From positions 22,500 to 86,499 of the forward strand of contig JAJRZW010000009.1 in NCBI GenBank assembly GCA_024275015.1: a stretch of DNA of 64,000 nt, written 5' to 3'. The position numbers were made by a program, and so were the translations under genes. This DNA is from Deltaproteobacteria bacterium (lineage in GTDB: Bacteria > Desulfobacterota > Desulfobulbia > Desulfobulbales > JAJRZW01). Below, piece after piece: positions 29,218 through 37,871 of the stretch. How positions within the stretch are numbered: the stretch's first letter is position 1; each line of letters begins with the position of its first letter. The notes under the pieces were generated by a model. It was not told where the DNA came from, searched no databases, and saw only the letters and a program-made list of their open reading frames with translations.

Positions 29218-29246
29218 TTGACAGCAATAATCTTTCAAGATATTCT
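29218..29246 (+). promoter_or_regulatory. Sigma-70-like promoter candidate for the CoADR-rhodanese gene
   Basis: TTGACA-17 nt-TATTCT on the plus strand, about 60 nt upstream of ATG 29310. Confidence 0.3.
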
Positions 29247-29309
29247 CCCCGGTACAATTTAATCTTTTGCTTAAAAGTACATCCATAAATAAATCGAGGT
29301 AGACAGACT

Positions 29310-31034
29310 ATGAAAGTTCTCATTATCGGCGGGGTCGCCGCCGGCCCAAAGACCGCAAGCCGGCTCAAACGGATCATGCCCGGGGCGGAAATCACCATCA
29401 TTGACCGTGACAATCTCATCTCATACGGCGGCTGCGGCATCCCCTACTACGTCTCCGGCGATATCTCCGATGAAAAGGAACTGCGCAACACCAGTTTCCA
29501 CATGACCCGGGATGAAAAATTCTTCGCCCGCGCCAAAGGGGTGGAGGTACTTACCCGACTTGAGGCGACGGCAATTGACCGCAAGGCAAAAACGGTTCGG
29601 GTGAAGAACCTCGACAGCGGCGGGGAACGCGATCTTGATTACGACAAACTGGTCCTGACCACCGGAGCCCGGGCCCATGTCCTTCCGGTTGCCGGGGCCG
29701 ATCTCCCCGGGGTCTATACCGTAAGCGATCTCCACAAGGCGATCGCGATCAAGGAAGATCTCGCCCGGGGCAGGGTCGCGCGGGCGGTGGTTATCGGCGG
29801 CGGGGCCATCGGCATCGAGATGGCCGAGGCATTTGCCGACCTCTGGGGGGCTGAGACTTCTCTGATCGAATTCATGGATCAGCTTCTCCCCAACCTTCTT
29901 GATCGCCCCATGGCCCTGATGCTCAAAAACGCTATGGAGAGAAACGGGGTCAATATCCACACCGGCGAGGGGGTCAAAGAGATCATCGCCGATAACGACG
30001 GCCGGGCCGCGAAGGTTGTAACCGACCAGCACTCCATTGACTGCGACATAGTCATCATGGCCGCAGGCGTCCGCCCCCGGGATGGGCTGGCCCGGGACGC
30101 CGGTCTTCTCACCTCGCCCCGGGGCGGGATCGTAATCAACGAACGGATGCAGACCTCAGACCCCGACATCTACGCCGCCGGCGACTGCCTTGAACTTTCA
30201 CACCTGGTCACCGGCCGCAAGGGATACGCCCCCATGGGATCGCTTGCCAACCGCCAGGGCCGGGTGGTGGCCGATAATATCGCCGGACTCGCGCGGCGGT
30301 TCCCGGGTTATGTCGGCTCTTTTATAATGAAGGCGTTTGACGTCTGCGTCGGAGCCACCGGCCTGACATTCAGGGCGGCTAAGACAGACGGCCTCAATGC
30401 CGATTTTGTAATAACCGCGCAATCAGACCGGGCCCACTTCTTTCCCGAGCAAACGGTGATTCCCCTGCAGATGGTATTTGACCGCGACAGCCGCAGGGTT
30501 GTCGGCCTTCAGGGCTTCGGCCCCATGGGAGACGGGATCCTCGCCCGCATCGACGCCGCCTGCGGCCTCATCGCCCGAGGCGCGACCATTGACGAATTCA
30601 GCAACCTTGAAATGGCCTACGCCCCGCCGTTCGCCACCGCCCTTGACGCCTTAAACGCCACCGCTAACGCGGCCGACAATAAGGCCGCCGACCGCCTGCG
30701 CTACGTCTCCGTTGAAGACTTCATGGCCTGGATGGACGACATGGATTCCCGGCCCGACTGGATCGCCCTTGATATCCGCCACCCGGTGGAGGCGGAGCCT
30801 TTTGTAAAAAAATTCGGCGATCACTGGCTGGCAATTCCCTACATTGAGATGCGGGAAAGATGGGCTGAACTCCCCACTGATAAAGAGCTGCTCATCATCT
30901 GTGACGCCGGCACCAGATCATACGAAATCCAATGCCTGCTGGACAGCCGTCCGGAACCGTTCCGTAGTCTGGTTCTCGGCGGCGGTTTCAACTGCATCAG
31001 GCGTATTGGCGTCCCCTGGTGGCCGCAATCATGA
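29310..31034 (+). CDS. CoA-disulfide reductase/NADH oxidase-family flavoprotein fused to a C-terminal rhodanese domain
   Basis: GGVAAGPK FAD motif; redox Cys in SYGGCGIPYY; rhodanese loop CDAGTRS. Confidence 0.85.
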   Translation: MKVLIIGGVAAGPKTASRLKRIMPGAEITIIDRDNLISYGGCGIPYYVSGDISDEKELRNTSFHMTRDEKFFARAKGVEVLTRLEATAIDRKAKTVRVKNLDSGGERDLDYDKLVLTTGARAHVLPVAGADLPGVYTVSDLHKAIAIKEDLARGRVARAVVIGGGAIGIEMAEAFADLWGAETSLIEFMDQLLPNLLDRPMALMLKNAMERNGVNIHTGEGVKEIIADNDGRAAKVVTDQHSIDCDIVIMAAGVRPRDGLARDAGLLTSPRGGIVINERMQTSDPDIYAAGDCLELSHLVTGRKGYAPMGSLANRQGRVVADNIAGLARRFPGYVGSFIMKAFDVCVGATGLTFRAAKTDGLNADFVITAQSDRAHFFPEQTVIPLQMVFDRDSRRVVGLQGFGPMGDGILARIDAACGLIARGATIDEFSNLEMAYAPPFATALDALNATANAADNKAADRLRYVSVEDFMAWMDDMDSRPDWIALDIRHPVEAEPFVKKFGDHWLAIPYIEMRERWAELPTDKELLIICDAGTRSYEIQCLLDSRPEPFRSLVLGGGFNCIRRIGVPWWPQS

Positions 31035-31831
31035 CCCGGCCGCGAACGCTTAAATATTCCACCGCCGTCATCATTGCCTTCCTCGGCCTCTGTGTACCCA
31101 CGCCGGCCCCGGCCCTGGATGGCAAACTTAACATCAACACCGCCACCATTACCGAGCTTGACAGTCTGCCGTTTATCGGCAAAAACCGGGCCAGGGACAT
31201 CATCGGCCTGCGACAACGGCAGGGACACCTCTCAAAACCTGAAGATCTCCTCGCCGCGGGTTCCCTCGGCCCCCTGACCCTGGCGGCGATCAGTCCCTAT
31301 ATCCAATTCAAGGGGACAGACAGTCTCACCCGGAGCGGGCTTGAAAGTCACCGGACGATCATCACCCGTCCTGGGCAGGTAATGCTGCTTGCCGACCGGG
31401 AATTCTTTCCGGTCCTCTTCTCCCTGATCGGCTCGGCGCACCATTCCGTTGACGTGGGAATGTACCTGTTCAAACTTGGCAAGGGTAAGAACAATAAGAC
31501 CACAAGACTGCTGCGGGAAATGCGCCGGATCAGGGCCCGGGGGATAATGGTCAGGGTGATGCTGGAAGAGTCAGACTATAACGATAAACTCAACCATGAA
31601 AACCACCAGACCGCAACACGCCTCCGGCGGGCCGGAATCATGGTTAAATTCGACCGTCCCCGCCCCACGACCCACGTCAAGACAGTGGTAATTGACCGCC
31701 GTTACACCTTCCTCGGCAGCCACAATTTCACCAACTCCGCCCTGGGGCGTAACCACGAACTTTCCCTGCTGATCGACGACCGCACCCTCGCCGCACAGGT
31801 GAGCGATTATCTCGACGCCGTTTTCAGATAG
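31031..31831 (+). CDS. Secreted ComEA-like helix-hairpin-helix plus phospholipase D/nuclease (HKD) domain protein
   Basis: ATG 31031 overlaps the upstream stop (ATGA). Signal-like N-terminus; LNINTATITELDSLPFIG; HKD motif HVKTVVIDRRYTFLGSHN. Confidence 0.7.
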   Translation: MTRPRTLKYSTAVIIAFLGLCVPTPAPALDGKLNINTATITELDSLPFIGKNRARDIIGLRQRQGHLSKPEDLLAAGSLGPLTLAAISPYIQFKGTDSLTRSGLESHRTIITRPGQVMLLADREFFPVLFSLIGSAHHSVDVGMYLFKLGKGKNNKTTRLLREMRRIRARGIMVRVMLEESDYNDKLNHENHQTATRLRRAGIMVKFDRPRPTTHVKTVVIDRRYTFLGSHNFTNSALGRNHELSLLIDDRTLAAQVSDYLDAVFR

Positions 31832-31834
31832 ACC

Positions 31835-31957
31835 TTAACAGACCTTTGACCAAAACAAGTTCCGGCCAACCTCTCGATTTCACCGGTTTTTTCAACCCGA
31901 CAAAATCAGCGGCGCGGACATCAGCCGCATACAGTCCGTTTTTCAACGGACTGTTAA
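31835..31957 (-). repeat. Family A repeat, copy A4 (lacks hairpin H5)
   Basis: TTAACAG at 31835 and CTGTTAA at 31951-31957. Lies between convergent genes. Confidence 0.8.
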
Positions 31958-31987
31958 CCCGAGTCCCGGCTCCGGCAATTTTAAAAA

Positions 31988-34396
31988 TCACCTCTTCACT
32001 CTCCTTACCACCCGCACCACCCTGCGCCCGGATTTTGCCCCCCTTTTTTTCACCACCACCTTTCGCCGCCTGGGGGAAGCGCTGTTTTTCGCCTCCCCGT
32101 CTTTATGTTCATAGCCGCATCCAGCCCGGGGACAACGCAAGATCGTATTTTCCCCTTTTTTCTTTTCCACCAGAAACGGATGGCCGCAACGGCGACAACT
32201 GACGGCATGAGGACGGGACCAGGCCGTAAGACCGCAATCGTCCTCAGTGCAGATATAAAAGAGTCGACCGCTCCCGGTCCGATGCGGAATCACCGCGCCC
32301 AGGCCGCACAGGGGACAAAGCGGCAGGGCCATATTGTCGTCATCCTGAACCCCCCGGCATTCGGGATAGTCATGACAACGCCAGAAGCCGCCGTAACGAT
32401 ACCGCTGCCTGAGCATACTCCGGCCGCATTCAATGCAGACCACCGTTTTCTCCACCGCCGGAACCGCGGGTTCAGGCTCAGGCTCGGGTTCAGAGTCAAA
32501 CCCGGGGGACACGAGTTCCGCCATGACCTCGACGGACCAGTCGCCGTCATCATCACCTTCCCCCCCCGTCTCCGCACCAACCTCCGTCACCTGGGCCTGC
32601 TCTTTTTCTTCCACGGTCAACGGCGCCGGCGGAACCCCGGCGGCCTCCGTTCTCATGGCCCCGTCTTCCAATACCGGCGGCGCGATCTCTTCGCCACTGG
32701 TTTCAAAAGGCTCAGGCGGTGCCACGGCCTCGACCCCACCTTTAATAATTCGCCGCGATATCTGATGCTGTTCAAGATTAACCCGAACCATGGACTTTTT
32801 ACGGACCAGAACCCGACCATGGACAAAAAGGGTCTGATCAAACTGACTCACCGCCTCGGCCAGACGCTTACGGCCTTCGGCAACCTCGTGCACCGTCTGT
32901 TCAAGATAGGGAAGAAGGGACTGCGGAGGAAAACCGGGAAAGGCCCGGGAAAAACCACGCAACAGCATCTCAAACCTTGGCCGCAGGGAAAAACCCGCCC
33001 CCGGCGCGAGGACGAGATAATCAAGGTCCAATAACTGTTCCAGGGTCTGACAGCTTGCGCGATCGGCGTTGATACCCATATCAGCCATGAGTTCCCAGAA
33101 GTCAGGGAGGCCGAAACCTCCGCCGGCACCAGTCTCAGGCGTGACCCCGGCCCGACGGATGCTGATACCCATCCCCGGCTCAAGGGTAAACAAAACCGGC
33201 TCTGCCGCGTCTTCTCCTTCCCCGGCAATGGCGGTGGCAAACCCCGGGGCCAGACAACGACGCCCCCGGGCCCGAACCAAGGCGCCATCCACGGAAACCA
33301 GCTCAACCTGTACCACCTCCTCCTTAAGCGGCGGCATCTGCCAGGCCCGGGCCCTGGCATTTATAAGCCCCAGGATCTCCTTTTCTTCAAGGCTCATCCC
33401 CCCTGCCTCCGGGCCGGAAACCGGTAGAATTGCCGCGGCCGGAAAATCACGCCGGCAAAGGAAATCGGCACCGAATTCAGCCACAACCGCGGCCCGGACC
33501 GCCTCCACCAGCACCTCCAGGGGCGGGCAGGCGTCATAGCCCGGCGAAATCCAGGCAGTCCGACCATTACCGGCGGCAAGGCAGTCAACAACAAGCTGAA
33601 CCCGGGCCGGTGAAAGCCCGAATGTCTCCATGGCCGCAATGGTAAGCGCGGCAAGGGTCAGCGGCGGCGGCGGTTCAATCCCGCAGGTCTGCCGGTCAAC
33701 GGTCGATACCGTAAACGCCATTGTCGCCAGGACATCAGCGCATGCCACCGCCTTTTCCTCCCGGGGAAAGACGCCGGCAACAGTATGCCCCAACATCTCG
33801 GCAAGACGCCCCTCAAATACACCGGCCGCGGCGTCAAACTCGGCAAAAACCCCATACCCTGAATAACCGCCGCCTTCTACGGCGAGAAAATCGGCCATGG
33901 AAAATACCATTGCCACCGCGTTCAAGGAAAGAGGCAGACCTCCGGGACCACGGCCTGAACCGAGGGTACGCCGCAGATGAAATTGCAACTTACGCCCAAG
34001 CTCCCGCCGGGCAAGAACCGCCATGGGAACAGCGGCGCCTGATTCCTGTTCGTCAACCAACGCGGAGGCGATAAGTTCTGGAGACAGACCGGCAAGACGC
34101 AGTTTTTTCACTCGCCCGCCGCGCCATTGCCGCCCCAGAAATGACTCAAGCAGCCAGGTAAGGAATACTCCCTGCGCGTCAGGGGTAAAACAGAGACAGA
34201 CATCGTCACCACCGGCGACGACAAGACGGGCCAAATCTTTTTCCGCTTTCCCTGCGGCGGTAAAAACAAGCCCGTCTCCGGAGTAATCAACCATGACCGG
34301 GGCATCGTCGAACTCAACGTACTCCCGGACCAGGCCATGCGCCAACAGAGCTTCACCTACAACCGGGTTATCAACCGCTGCCAATTGAAAAGCCAT
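31988..34396 (-). CDS. Topoisomerase-IA-like protein with three C-terminal C4 zinc ribbons and a degenerate catalytic core
   Basis: Zn ribbons CIECG..CHDYPEC, CPLCG..CTEDDC, CRRCG..CPRAGC. Segments parallel to TopA (AVDNPVVGEAL vs VESPAKAKTI; FTPDAQG vs TDLDREG; PPPPLTLAALTIAAMETFGLS vs [20 protein letters not shown]). No YxRTDS active site. Confidence 0.55.
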   Translation of the reverse strand: MAFQLAAVDNPVVGEALLAHGLVREYVEFDDAPVMVDYSGDGLVFTAAGKAEKDLARLVVAGGDDVCLCFTPDAQGVFLTWLLESFLGRQWRGGRVKKLRLAGLSPELIASALVDEQESGAAVPMAVLARRELGRKLQFHLRRTLGSGRGPGGLPLSLNAVAMVFSMADFLAVEGGGYSGYGVFAEFDAAAGVFEGRLAEMLGHTVAGVFPREEKAVACADVLATMAFTVSTVDRQTCGIEPPPPLTLAALTIAAMETFGLSPARVQLVVDCLAAGNGRTAWISPGYDACPPLEVLVEAVRAAVVAEFGADFLCRRDFPAAAILPVSGPEAGGMSLEEKEILGLINARARAWQMPPLKEEVVQVELVSVDGALVRARGRRCLAPGFATAIAGEGEDAAEPVLFTLEPGMGISIRRAGVTPETGAGGGFGLPDFWELMADMGINADRASCQTLEQLLDLDYLVLAPGAGFSLRPRFEMLLRGFSRAFPGFPPQSLLPYLEQTVHEVAEGRKRLAEAVSQFDQTLFVHGRVLVRKKSMVRVNLEQHQISRRIIKGGVEAVAPPEPFETSGEEIAPPVLEDGAMRTEAAGVPPAPLTVEEKEQAQVTEVGAETGGEGDDDGDWSVEVMAELVSPGFDSEPEPEPEPAVPAVEKTVVCIECGRSMLRQRYRYGGFWRCHDYPECRGVQDDDNMALPLCPLCGLGAVIPHRTGSGRLFYICTEDDCGLTAWSRPHAVSCRRCGHPFLVEKKKGENTILRCPRAGCGYEHKDGEAKNSASPRRRKVVVKKRGAKSGRRVVRVVRRVKR

Positions 34397-34471
34397 ATAC
34401 CACCCTCGAAATCCCGGAACAGGATTTAAAAAAACACCGTCACCAGCCGATCATTTTATAATGATACCTGA

Positions 34472-36463
34472 ATGCCGCTTCAGGATTCAATGATTCAAGG
34501 GAAAGGGCACGGCAACTCACTTTACCGGGGAAACATATCTTTGGTCTCAAAAGAAGGAATAGAAACAGTGGCCCGGGCCTTGAAACTTTCGCCCGGAACT
34601 TTGAGCCATACCCTGTTCAACGCCATCCGCGAACGCTTCAGTAAACTCGGTCCGGGCGAAAAAACAAGCGCAGACGAATTGGTGACCACTCTATGGGGCC
34701 AGGTCGGCACCGACAAAATCAAAGGAAGAAAAAAACAACTCAGTTCTCTCAAGACCGGCCTTAACCGCAGCCTGAAAAAACTTGCGGAAGCGGAAAACCC
34801 CGAGGGAATAATGATCAATCGCGACAACATCTTCGCGGTCTCGGAAGCACGCAAGGACAAAATCTTAAACGAGATCGGAATTGATTTCTCCAATGCCGGT
34901 CAGATCAAAAATATCATCTCCGCCCTGCGCCGGGGCATCGCCGGGATGAATGATGAGGAACTTTTAACCATGGGCCGGGAAATCACCGGACTCAACCAGG
35001 ATCTGGCGGCCGCCCGGGGCAATACGACGGCCGGCCCCGGGGATGGCAGTGACGCGGACGACATCGAGGAAATAGAGCTTGCCGATGACGAAGAAATCGT
35101 AATTGAGCAAAGAGACCGGACGGATGACGAAGAGGATATTGAAATCATTACAATCGCCGATGACGAGATCGCGGAAACAGAAGACGGGGAAGACGGGACG
35201 GAGATCGTCGAGGTTGACGCGGATGGCCTTAAAGACGGAGACGGCGACAATACCGGCGGCAACGGTTATGATGTGGCGACCGGGGACGAAATGGATGCAT
35301 ATGAATCTGAGCCTGGTGCCGGAGAAGAAGCCGAAGAGGTCGAAATTGATGAGATAGAAGAAGTTGAAGTTGAAGAAGAAGACACGGAACTCCTGGAGAT
35401 TACCGGGGAAGAGACCGCGCCGTTAATAATGGCCGGAACGGACATCAAAGATGTCGGACCTGACAATATAGAGGAGATCATGGCCCAGGTCATCGTTGAA
35501 GACGGTGAGGAAATTATCGAGATTGACGAAGATGAACTGATCACTGCCGATGCCGGAGATGAAAACCTCTCTGACGGAGCGGATGCGACAGAAGGATCAG
35601 GTTCGGGAACAACCCGCGGCACCGACGGATCCAAAGATAGAAGTATAGCCGGAGACAAAAACATCTTTGAGATTTTAAGCCAATACCTTGAACCCGGTGA
35701 CCCGGATCTTGTTAATGGCGATATCCTCGAGGAAAAAGAAGAATACCTGGCCCGGATTGTCGAACGGTTCATTCCCAGATTTATCCATATTCGGGCAGAA
35801 CATGATTTTTATATCGGCCAGTACCCGGTAACCAACGACCTCTTCGCCATCTTCATCCATGATACCGGCTACCTGACCGATGCTGAAGCGGCCGGATACG
35901 GCACCGTTTATCAGCCCCGCAGACGAATATCGACAACGGGCGGGAATAAACGGCAGATGACCATAAACCGGGGCCAGACGGCAGGCCGGGTAAATGGCGC
36001 CTGCTGGCAATTCCCCAACGGGCCGCGGGGAATAAGCGCCGCCGCCAACCCCGACCACCCGGTTACCCAGGTAAGCGTCCGGGACGCCGCCGCCTTTGCC
36101 TCATGGGCCGGCAAGAGACTGCCGAACGAAACCGAATGGGAGGCCGCGGGAAGGGGGAAAGACGGGGCCGGATATCCGTGGGGGAATAAATACCGCAAAG
36201 GCATGGCCAACCTTGAGGACAGCATGCTCGGAGGCTGCTGCCCGGTCAACCGCTTCGGCCCTGTCAGCGCCAGCCCCTTCGGCGTCCGTGACCTGATCGG
36301 TAATTGTCTTGAATGGGTCCGGAACAATGACGATACCGGACCGACCCATATCCTGAAAGGCGGTTCCTGGCTTAACGATCATCGCTGCACCCTGAGCTGG
36401 CGCCGTTTACCGGGAGAGGAATGGTCAAACCTGACCGGGTTCAGGCTGGCGGTGGACGGTTAG
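34472..36463 (+). CDS. Formylglycine-generating-enzyme (SUMF1/FGE-sulfatase) domain protein with a ~200-aa hyper-acidic linker
   Basis: C-terminal VSVRDAAAFASWAGKRLPNETEWEAAGRG..YPWGN..LKGGSW. Residues ~190-400 are D/E-rich low complexity. Confidence 0.7.
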   Translation: MPLQDSMIQGKGHGNSLYRGNISLVSKEGIETVARALKLSPGTLSHTLFNAIRERFSKLGPGEKTSADELVTTLWGQVGTDKIKGRKKQLSSLKTGLNRSLKKLAEAENPEGIMINRDNIFAVSEARKDKILNEIGIDFSNAGQIKNIISALRRGIAGMNDEELLTMGREITGLNQDLAAARGNTTAGPGDGSDADDIEEIELADDEEIVIEQRDRTDDEEDIEIITIADDEIAETEDGEDGTEIVEVDADGLKDGDGDNTGGNGYDVATGDEMDAYESEPGAGEEAEEVEIDEIEEVEVEEEDTELLEITGEETAPLIMAGTDIKDVGPDNIEEIMAQVIVEDGEEIIEIDEDELITADAGDENLSDGADATEGSGSGTTRGTDGSKDRSIAGDKNIFEILSQYLEPGDPDLVNGDILEEKEEYLARIVERFIPRFIHIRAEHDFYIGQYPVTNDLFAIFIHDTGYLTDAEAAGYGTVYQPRRRISTTGGNKRQMTINRGQTAGRVNGACWQFPNGPRGISAAANPDHPVTQVSVRDAAAFASWAGKRLPNETEWEAAGRGKDGAGYPWGNKYRKGMANLEDSMLGGCCPVNRFGPVSASPFGVRDLIGNCLEWVRNNDDTGPTHILKGGSWLNDHRCTLSWRRLPGEEWSNLTGFRLAVDG

Positions 36464-36482
36464 CGGCCCGACCCCGGGGCCC

Positions 36483-36527
36483 GAAAATCGTCGCGTTCTC
36501 CCCGGAGCGGGGAGTTGCGAGTTCATC
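36483..36527 (+). repeat. Family B 3'-end fragment (B4)
   Basis: GAAAATCGTCG..CCGGAGCGGGGAGTTGCGAGTTCATC matches the right end of B1. Confidence 0.6.
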
Positions 36528-36543
36528 ACACAGACATATCAAA

Positions 36544-36586
36544 GGGTTAAAGCGCGTGCAGGGTAGCGTTCATGGAGCGCTTACGG
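36544..36586 (+). repeat. Family C repeat, copy C2
   Basis: GGGTTAAAGCGCGTGCAGGGTAGCGTTCATGGAGCGCTTACGG; abuts the aroB stop codon. Confidence 0.7.
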
Positions 36587-37657
36587 TCAGAGTACCTTGT
36601 CGATTACCGCGGCAGACACGTCAGAAGTAATAATGACCCTGCCGATAGCCTCGGGGAGGACAAAAAAGACTTTGCCGCCCACGGTCTTTTTGTCGGTCAG
36701 GAGATAATTTCCGATCTCCCGGCGGTCCAATTGCGGCGGGATCACTACCGGCAGGTCGAAATCAACGATAAGCGTCATGATCCTTTCCGCTTCCTCATCG
36801 GCCAGATGGCCACATAAAACCGCTAATCGCGCCGCCGCCGCCATCCCCATGGCCACTGCCGCGCCATGGGCAATCTCAAACCTGCTTGCCGCCTCGACCG
36901 CGTGACCGATGGTATGGCCAAAATTCAACACCCGCCGCAGGTCGCCCTCGCGTTCGTCAGCAGCCACCACCTCGGCCTTGATCTCACAGCAGCGACGGAT
37001 CATCTCCGCCAGTACCGCGGAGTCCATGGACATAATCCGCGACCGTTTCCCTTCGAGTTCAGAAAAAAAATCACGATCCCATATGACCCCGTACTTTATG
37101 ACCTCGGCAATACCGTTTAAAAACTCCGTCTCCGGCAGGCTCTTCAGGATCAGGGGATCAATAAACACCGCCCGGGGCTGATAAAAGGCGCCAATCAGGT
37201 TTTTCCCTTCCGGGATATCGACCCCGGTTTTACCGCCGACGGAACTGTCCACCTGGGCGAGAAGACTTGTGGGGACCTGAATAAAATCAATGCCACGCAT
37301 ATATGACGCGGCAAGGAATCCGGTTATATCGCCGGTCACCCCGCCGCCCAGGGCGACAAGGCAACTCATGCGATCAGCGCCAAAACGGGCAAGTTTACTC
37401 GCGAGAGCGGCGATGGTGGCAAGATTCTTGTTTTCCTCCCCGTGGGCAAAAGTGATGAGTTCAACCCTGTGACCGGCCTTTTTTATCGAAGCAAGCAGGC
37501 GTTCAGCGTAAAGACCGGCGACCCGGTCATCTGCAACCAGGTAAAAATCATTGGCCGCGGTGACCTGTTTCAGACGGTTCCCCACCGCATCGATTATATT
37601 TTTACTGATTATTATCTCATAAGACCTTTCACCAAGACCGACCATGACCGTCTGCAT
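36587..37657 (-). CDS. aroB: 3-dehydroquinate synthase
   Basis: ATG 37657 within ORF 36587..37753; motifs GGGVTGDITGF, FGHTIGHA. Confidence 0.9.
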   Translation of the reverse strand: MQTVMVGLGERSYEIIISKNIIDAVGNRLKQVTAANDFYLVADDRVAGLYAERLLASIKKAGHRVELITFAHGEENKNLATIAALASKLARFGADRMSCLVALGGGVTGDITGFLAASYMRGIDFIQVPTSLLAQVDSSVGGKTGVDIPEGKNLIGAFYQPRAVFIDPLILKSLPETEFLNGIAEVIKYGVIWDRDFFSELEGKRSRIMSMDSAVLAEMIRRCCEIKAEVVAADEREGDLRRVLNFGHTIGHAVEAASRFEIAHGAAVAMGMAAAARLAVLCGHLADEEAERIMTLIVDFDLPVVIPPQLDRREIGNYLLTDKKTVGGKVFFVLPEAIGRVIITSDVSAAVIDKVL

Positions 37658-37804
37658 ATTCCAAACTCCAGGATAAAGCCTGCAATGAACCCGGCCTGCC
37701 CGTGACCGGAAACGGATTACTCTCTCCGGGCGCAAAGACCGACACGTCGCCACACCTCTGCCGCTTTCAGCTGAACCTCATCAGGGCATGAGGGGGGGAA
37801 CGAT

Positions 37805-37841
37805 AAAAAAACGGGGGAGATGCCGTCCGACATCTCCCCCG
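37805..37841 (-). terminator. Rho-independent terminator after sat
   Basis: 11-bp stem CGGGGGAGATG/CATCTCCCCCG followed by T7 on the minus strand. Confidence 0.6.
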
Positions 37842-37871
37842 TGATAAAACAACAGCAAGGCAACAAAAAAC

